Shown here piece after piece: positions 27,038-32,000 of a stretch of 32,000 nucleotides of DNA. Source of the DNA: Candidatus Saganbacteria bacterium (GTDB lineage: Bacteria; Margulisbacteria; WOR-1; JAKLHX01); assembly GCA_026387835.1 (NCBI GenBank), contig JAPLKZ010000012.1, positions 1 through 32,000 on the forward strand. Reading direction: 5' to 3'. The notes beneath the pieces are model-generated. The model was not told the origin of the DNA and ran no database searches. It saw only the letters and a program-made list of their open reading frames with translations. The position numbers and the translations under genes were made by a program. Within the stretch, counting starts at the first letter, position 1. The number at the start of each line of letters is the position of its first letter.

Positions 27038-27597
27038 GGGATAAGGATCTTGTCGATATGTATAAGGTCCGACGCGGAAAAATGAGAGGCGTCAAAATCT
27101 CCGTTTTTCATCTGTCCGACGCATTGTCTTTCGTTCATTGAGAACTCCTGCAAAGGCAATATCCCTTCAAGGTCGGCAAACTTGACGTCGAACATCCTGG
27201 TCACGAGCAATGGTAAAACCCCCGATTTCAGCATGAAGAACGAATCGGTCACGAGATCGAACAGCGCCTCGTTCTTTACCCCGTCCTCGAGGAAAGATGT
27301 CACGACCTTTATTATATACATTGCCGCCTGAAAAGTATGTTCTTCCTCCCTTATTGTGTGGAAAGTCTCTATTGTCTCTATCTGCGACAGGATGTCAAGG
27401 TTTTTTCCTTTTGCGAGGAATATCTGATTGTAAGAGAACGGCTCAAGCCTTGCCCCGAACTTGCTCGATGTCTTGAGCGCCGACTTTGCTATCGCGCTGA
27501 CCTTTCCGTGGGTCCTGGCAAAAAAGGTCACAAGCTTGTCGGCCTCTCCGAATCTCACGGACCTCAGCGTCACCGCTTCCGTCTTATAGAATGCCAT
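26986..27597 (-). CDS. recO: RecO-like DNA repair protein lacking an obvious zinc finger
   Basis: Start ATG at about 27597 (MAFYKTEAVTLRSVRFGEADKLVTFFARTHGKVSAIAKSALKTSSKFGARLEPFSYNQIFLAKGKNLDIL), matching the RecO OB fold. Confidence 0.88.
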   Translation of the reverse strand: MAFYKTEAVTLRSVRFGEADKLVTFFARTHGKVSAIAKSALKTSSKFGARLEPFSYNQIFLAKGKNLDILSQIETIETFHTIREEEHTFQAAMYIIKVVTSFLEDGVKNEALFDLVTDSFFMLKSGVLPLLVTRMFDVKFADLEGILPLQEFSMNERQCVGQMKNGDFDASHFSASDLIHIDKILIPCLSDHLGKDIRLWKSL

Positions 27598-27674
27598 TAT
27601 TTGAATAAACTTTAACACGATGGGTCAAGTATAGTCAACCCGATCTTAGCTCTATTATAAGATGTAATTGAGCC

Positions 27675-27704
27675 TTGACTTAAGGAGCGGGACTATGCTA
27701 TTTT
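27675..27704 (+). promoter_or_regulatory. Putative sigma70-like promoter for the receiver-domain gene
   Basis: TTGACT (27675-27680), 18 nt spacer, TATTTT (27699-27704); ATG at 27715, no Shine-Dalgarno. Confidence 0.35.
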
Positions 27705-27714
27705 TAGAACTGCA

Positions 27715-28101
27715 ATGGCAAAGATCCTGATGGTCGATGATGAAGTTAACATCCTCAAGATAGCCGGCACGATGCTTGAAAGATCGGGACATACTGTCAT
27801 CCTGGCGGCGAGCGGAGAAGAAGCCCTTGAAAAAGCAAAAGCAGACCCGCCTGACCTGATACTTCTTGACCGCAGCATGCCCGGGATGGGCGGGACTGAG
27901 GTCTTAAGCTCTCTCAGGGATCAAAAAGCCCTGAACAAGATACCGGTGATATTTTTGACGGCCCAGGACTCTGAATCCGAGATGATAGAGGGCTTAAGGG
28001 GCGGGGCTGTCGATTACATCACAAAACCGTTCAATATGGACGATCTCAGGGACAGGGTCGAATTTGTTCTGAAAAAATACACTCCGAAGCCTATATTATA
28101 A
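27715..28101 (+). CDS. Stand-alone response regulator (CheY-like receiver)
   Basis: 128 aa; KILMVDDEVNILKIA, LILLDRSMPGMGGTEVL, VIFLTAQDSE, YITKPFN. Confidence 0.94.
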   Translation: MAKILMVDDEVNILKIAGTMLERSGHTVILAASGEEALEKAKADPPDLILLDRSMPGMGGTEVLSSLRDQKALNKIPVIFLTAQDSESEMIEGLRGGAVDYITKPFNMDDLRDRVEFVLKKYTPKPIL

Positions 28102-28546
28102 AATCCGGGTCCTCTTCCGCGACATCCTTTTTACCGTTTATTTCTATGACAACCGTATCTGTTTTCTTTACATCCACGTATTTCCTGAATACGATGTCCC
28201 TTCCGCTGTAAGCTTCAACAAGGTGCCTTCCCGGCCTTACCGCTTCGACCGTCAACGGCGCTTTCCCTATGATATCCTCGTCGATGTATATATCGAGGAC
28301 CTTATGGGAAGTGACAAATATGGCGCCGGAATCTTTTTGAGGAAGTACTGATCTTTTCTTCACCTTGATCGTCTGTTTTTTATTGGTTCCTATTTTGCGT
28401 GCCTTTTTTATTTTTACCTTTTTCAATTGTACGGCTTTTTTACTGTTCCTGCACGCAGTTTTCTTTGCGGTCGCGTCAGCAGGCAGATACACCGCGATCG
28501 ATGACAGCATGAAAACTGCCAATAAGATCATTTTTAGTGCTTTCAT
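28091..28546 (-). CDS. Exported PEGA-domain-like protein
   Basis: 151 aa; signal peptide, Lys-rich linker, then AIFVTSHKVLDIYIDEDIIGKAPLTVEAVRPGRHLVEAYSGRDIVFRKYVDVK, which is PEGA-like. Confidence 0.75.
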   Translation of the reverse strand: MKALKMILLAVFMLSSIAVYLPADATAKKTACRNSKKAVQLKKVKIKKARKIGTNKKQTIKVKKRSVLPQKDSGAIFVTSHKVLDIYIDEDIIGKAPLTVEAVRPGRHLVEAYSGRDIVFRKYVDVKKTDTVVIEINGKKDVAEEDPDFII

Positions 28547-28657
28547 ATGCTCTACCCCCTCTATTAATATATCGTCAATTTTTGAGCGGAATTTCTCTTA
28601 AAATGTGAGGGGGCTGAGATTTGAAGTATAGATGACGGGGGTAGAGTACAGAAACGC

Positions 28658-28942
28658 CTATTCTACTTTGACCCAGCCTTCGTACTCGTGATATCCGAGA
28701 AAATTATAAGATATCCTTGCTTTGTACCATTTACGGTCCGGGGTACAGCCCAGGATCCTGATCCCGATGGGAATGTCGAAATTTGATCTTGCCCCGTCTT
28801 TTGGCTCTTTTAACAGTCTGTTGATCTGGGCGTTAAGCATTATGAAATCCTTTTTTTCGGACTCGTTCGTGCCGGCTGATAATCTGAACGCGACAAAACC
28901 GGTGATTATTATCAAAAGCATGACTATCAATGTCTTTTTCAT
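28658..28942 (-). CDS. Small exported SH3-like domain protein
   Basis: 94 aa; signal/TM segment, then RLLKEPKDGARSNFDIPIGIRILGCTPDRKWYKARISYNFLGYHEYEGWVKVE, resembling a bacterial SH3 fold. Confidence 0.6.
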   Translation of the reverse strand: MKKTLIVMLLIIITGFVAFRLSAGTNESEKKDFIMLNAQINRLLKEPKDGARSNFDIPIGIRILGCTPDRKWYKARISYNFLGYHEYEGWVKVE

Positions 28943-28962
28943 GTATTTCCCTAATTCAGTGC

Positions 28963-30369
28963 TTAGCGCTTAAAGCTTATTATAAACCTTGCACCCTTCC
29001 CTGGCTCACTGTCAACTTCAATTTTACCACCAAAGCTTTCTATTATGCCCGCGGCTACCGCGAGGCCCACTCCCGATCCTCTCTCTTTTTGAGAAAAGAA
29101 CGGCTCGAATATCCTGGGAAGATCCTCTTTTTTTATACCTATTCCCGTATCGGATATTTCGACCGATACTGCATCGATCGTCACGCGCAGATCCCCGCCG
29201 GAAGGCATGGCCTGCATGGAATTCAAGATGATATTGAAAAATGCCTGCGACAGGAGAGCCCTGTCAGCTTTGATCTTTATTGGTGAAATAGTGCTTTTTT
29301 CGATGACAATACCCGCTTTCTCGCACGGTATCCTGATAATGAACAGGATATCATCGATCATTTCGTCTATATTGACATCTTCCTGGTTTGCCTGCAGCCC
29401 GCCTGCCGCGGAAGAACTTTTGACGAACCTGATCAGTTTTTCAATGGCGCCGTTTATCTTCTCGATCTGTCTGGGGACGATATCATTGAATGAAGCAATA
29501 AAGTCCTTGTCGTGGATGTTCTCGGGAAGTACCTGGACCATACCTTTTATGGCTGTCAGCGGATTTTTTATCTCGTGTGCGATCGATGCCGCTACCACCC
29601 CGATAGCCGCCATATTTTCGTAGTGTATCGAATTGAGCCGCGAGTTTCCCGGATTTAATGAATTTAAAAGCGGATACAAGATCCCTTTCCGCAGGACGAT
29701 ATTGATATCCAGCAGGTTATGCCTCACGATGGCATAAGCCGCGATAAAAAGATAGAAAGGCACGATGAATATGCCGTATGGATAGACATCCGCGCCGAAA
29801 GCCGGCAAAAACCACAGGACGCCTCCTCCGAATCCGATAATGGAGGCCAGTATTATATATGCGGTCTGGTTGCGCCTGGTGCCGCTCGAGTGCCGGTATT
29901 CAAAGACGAGATCCGTAAAAGCGGCCGCGACTGCCGCGGCAAATACCATTATGAAAAAAATATAGACCGGGCCTCCTTGAGGATAGAACCTGAAATATTT
30001 TGTCGCAATAAGGTCGTTTATAAAATAGTGCGTAGGCAAAAAGAGCAGGATCGACATCGAAAGCGCGGCAAATATGGATATTATCGGCTTTCTTTGCCCG
30101 ATCTTATCCAGAAAGGCGTATACAAAAAGCATAAAAACGACCGGGATCAAGACCGCGGCGGCAAGATTGACCCTGGTCCAAAAAAGCACTGCATCTTTTG
30201 AGATCGATATCTCGCCCATGAACTGGCCAAAGCACCAGACCGAAAATACAGTATTATACAGGGCTAGAAATACAGCCGCGGGCCTTGTCTTCCCGTAAAC
30301 ATATACCAACAGCGCAAACCCGGCCCCCAGGACCGAGAGCAAAAGAAGCAGGAACGGATAAATTGACAT
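28963..30369 (-). CDS. Membrane sensor histidine kinase (7TM-type N-terminus, DHp and HATPase_c)
   Basis: 468 aa; multiple N-terminal TM segments; H-box ASIAHEIKNPLTAIKG, N-box NIILNSMQAM, G-boxes DTGIGIKKEDLPRIFEPFFS and GSGVGLAVAAGIIE. Confidence 0.94.
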   Translation of the reverse strand: MSIYPFLLLLLSVLGAGFALLVYVYGKTRPAAVFLALYNTVFSVWCFGQFMGEISISKDAVLFWTRVNLAAAVLIPVVFMLFVYAFLDKIGQRKPIISIFAALSMSILLFLPTHYFINDLIATKYFRFYPQGGPVYIFFIMVFAAAVAAAFTDLVFEYRHSSGTRRNQTAYIILASIIGFGGGVLWFLPAFGADVYPYGIFIVPFYLFIAAYAIVRHNLLDINIVLRKGILYPLLNSLNPGNSRLNSIHYENMAAIGVVAASIAHEIKNPLTAIKGMVQVLPENIHDKDFIASFNDIVPRQIEKINGAIEKLIRFVKSSSAAGGLQANQEDVNIDEMIDDILFIIRIPCEKAGIVIEKSTISPIKIKADRALLSQAFFNIILNSMQAMPSGGDLRVTIDAVSVEISDTGIGIKKEDLPRIFEPFFSQKERGSGVGLAVAAGIIESFGGKIEVDSEPGKGARFIISFKR

Positions 30370-30381
30370 TTTATTTAATGA

Positions 30382-32000
30382 TCATCGGGGGGGTTCATTT
30401 TCTTTTGCAGAAGCTCCTATGTCTATCATCTCAACTCCCGGCATATATTCTCTCACGATCGGCTCGGTTATATGCGCCAGATTTATCAGAAGCTCTCTTA
30501 TTCTCCTGGCTTCCCTTTCTATCGTCTGCAGCCTTTCCTTGATAAAATCGAGCGGCATTTCCGATTGAGTGCCGAGTTTCAGCAGCAGTCCCTGGGTCTG
30601 AGCCAGCACGGAGGTCAGAGGGTTGTTTATCTCGTGCTGGAGGCTCACCGACAGTTTGGTCAGAGTAGAGAGCCTTTCGGCTTTCACAAGCTCCTCGCGC
30701 GTTTCTATCAGCTGTTTATTCATCTTCTCAAGCATGACCGTGTATTTTTCTCTTGCCTCCGCTTCCGCCAGTTTCATTGCCGCTTCTTTTTCCTTTTCAA
30801 GCAGCAGGCTGTTCTCCACGAATATCGCGCTCTGGTTGGCCAGCGTCATCAGAAAGTTCAGGTCCTCTTCATCGAACGGGTCCCCTGAAAGCTTTTCTCC
30901 CAGAGCGAGAAAAGCGACCATCTTGTCCTTTATCATGCTCGGCACGCATAAAGAGACTTTGAGCTTGTTGATGTCGCCGAGCACGTCCTCAAGTTTTTTC
31001 TTCTCGTAATATGTGATAAAGATATCGGTCAGCTGTTTTTCTATATCGCTCTTTAAAAGCACCCCCTTGTTTTCCTCGAGAGCCTCTATGAGCGGAAAAT
31101 TTGATGTCATCGTAAATCCGGAAAGTTCCTTGATCGAGCCGTCGACGCCTTTTATCTCGAACCTGTCCTTTTTATCGTTATACCAGAACAGGGCGGCCCC
31201 GGTAAGGTTCATCCTCCTGGTTATCAGACGCGCCGTTATCTTGAGCAGCCTTTCGGTGCCCGACAGCACGCTCATGGCAGCACTTGTTTCCTTCAGCGTT
31301 TTTTCGTAGTCAAGCTTGCTCTTAAAAAATATACTGTCTACCCATTCCTGGAACCTGTCGCGCAGGGGCTCGAATATCACGGCAAAAATGAAAAACACGA
31401 TCATGACTATCAGGACGGAATAATTCCCGCTTATTGTCTGGAATATAGCCGCGATCAGGTAAAGGCATCCGAAATAAACGGCCGTGACAATACCCGCCAG
31501 CATCGAATAGACGACGCTTTTGCTCAGAATAACGTTCAATCCCACAAAACGCTGCTTGCTGATCGCGTATGTGACAAGGCCCGTAAAAAAAAGCGTCGAC
31601 AGCGGCCCGATTATGTTAAAGATATACCATCCGTCCCTTATCCCGAGAGCAGGCGCAAAATTATAAAATCCCGCCGTTACGGCCAAAGGGATGAGTGTTC
31701 CCGCAAAAACATACTGGATCTGGCTCCTTGCCACTCCTTTGATAGAGAAGTATTTTTTAAGCAGCACGCCCAGTGCCAGCACTATGTATATTACAAAATA
31801 CAGGATAAAGACCGTGTTTATTTCCGTGAAATCGATACTCGCGATATCCCCCCGCATGAATGAAACGGACCTTATTATGTATTCCGAAGACAAAAGATAA
31901 ATAAAGACCAGGGCCGGCGAAAAGACCGCGGAGATGACCGGAAGTCCCGCTGACGCGTCATCCGGGAATATCAGAGCAAAATACAGCAAAAGCGAAGGGA
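30382..32000 (-). CDS. Membrane sensor (7TM-type, GAF-like) ending after the DHp domain; no HATPase_c; 5' end beyond window
   Basis: Open reading continues past the TTG at 31987-31989 to the window edge. TM helices, GAF-like region (FEEDLNFLMTLANQSAIFVEN), coiled coil, H-box LSVSLQHEINNPLTSVLAQ, then stop shortly after EPIVREYMPGVEMIDIGASAKENEPPR. Confidence 0.88.
   Translation of the reverse strand, partial: PSLLLYFALIFPDDASAGLPVISAVFSPALVFIYLLSSEYIIRSVSFMRGDIASIDFTEINTVFILYFVIYIVLALGVLLKKYFSIKGVARSQIQYVFAGTLIPLAVTAGFYNFAPALGIRDGWYIFNIIGPLSTLFFTGLVTYAISKQRFVGLNVILSKSVVYSMLAGIVTAVYFGCLYLIAAIFQTISGNYSVLIVMIVFFIFAVIFEPLRDRFQEWVDSIFFKSKLDYEKTLKETSAAMSVLSGTERLLKITARLITRRMNLTGAALFWYNDKKDRFEIKGVDGSIKELSGFTMTSNFPLIEALEENKGVLLKSDIEKQLTDIFITYYEKKKLEDVLGDINKLKVSLCVPSMIKDKMVAFLALGEKLSGDPFDEEDLNFLMTLANQSAIFVENSLLLEKEKEAAMKLAEAEAREKYTVMLEKMNKQLIETREELVKAERLSTLTKLSVSLQHEINNPLTSVLAQTQGLLLKLGTQSEMPLDFIKERLQTIEREARRIRELLINLAHITEPIVREYMPGVEMIDIGASAKENEPPR

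Noticed and set aside
28547-28657. Intergenic region examined for a small RNA or terminator
   Set aside because: I saw no convincing GC-rich hairpin followed by a T-run on either strand.
29719-30201. 160 aa Lys/Asp/Arg-rich plus-strand ORF opposite the histidine kinase
   Set aside because: Its charged composition comes from complementing hydrophobic TM codons; not a real basic protein.
1-32000. Search for CRISPR arrays, transposases, integrases, phage genes, toxin-antitoxin or defence modules
   Set aside because: No regular direct repeats with spacers and no ORF with recognisable motifs of these classes. The window reads as ordinary core genes plus efflux and signalling genes.

Overview
This window (about 46% GC by eye, not computed) is a densely packed chromosomal segment. 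It resembles a Gram-negative-like, possibly candidate-phylum bacterium, but that lineage guess rests on style only. Nearly all genes are on the minus strand. Read from low to high coordinates it contains: hisS (partial), purM, proC, sepF, a YggS-type PLP protein, an orphan plus-strand ORF, a TlpA-like thioredoxin-fold protein, and a 9 kb efflux supercluster (MacB-like permease with an apparent frameshift, LolD/MacB ATPase, MacA-like adaptor, two ABC-2 permeases, two ABC ATPases, HlyD adaptor, TolC). These are followed by metH (short form), rimI, tsaB, tsaE, folK, folP, tilS, a small membrane protein, tRNA(CAU), a DUF1015 protein, an orphan receiver, uppP, a radical SAM protein, an MFS transporter, recO, a second orphan receiver, PEGA and SH3-like proteins, and two membrane histidine kinases. 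I found no CRISPR array, transposase, integrase, phage module or obvious defence cassette, and nothing I would claim as a new system. The best leads are unusual architectures inside otherwise ordinary genes: a histone-H1-like Lys/Ala tail on FolK, an in-frame repeat insertion in MetH, an extra C-terminal domain on TolC, a histidine kinase with no ATPase domain next to a complete one, a TlpA-like protein with CxxC degraded to SxxC, a frameshifted MacB-type permease paired with a short-hairpin adaptor, and possible leaderless promoters in front of solitary plus-strand genes.
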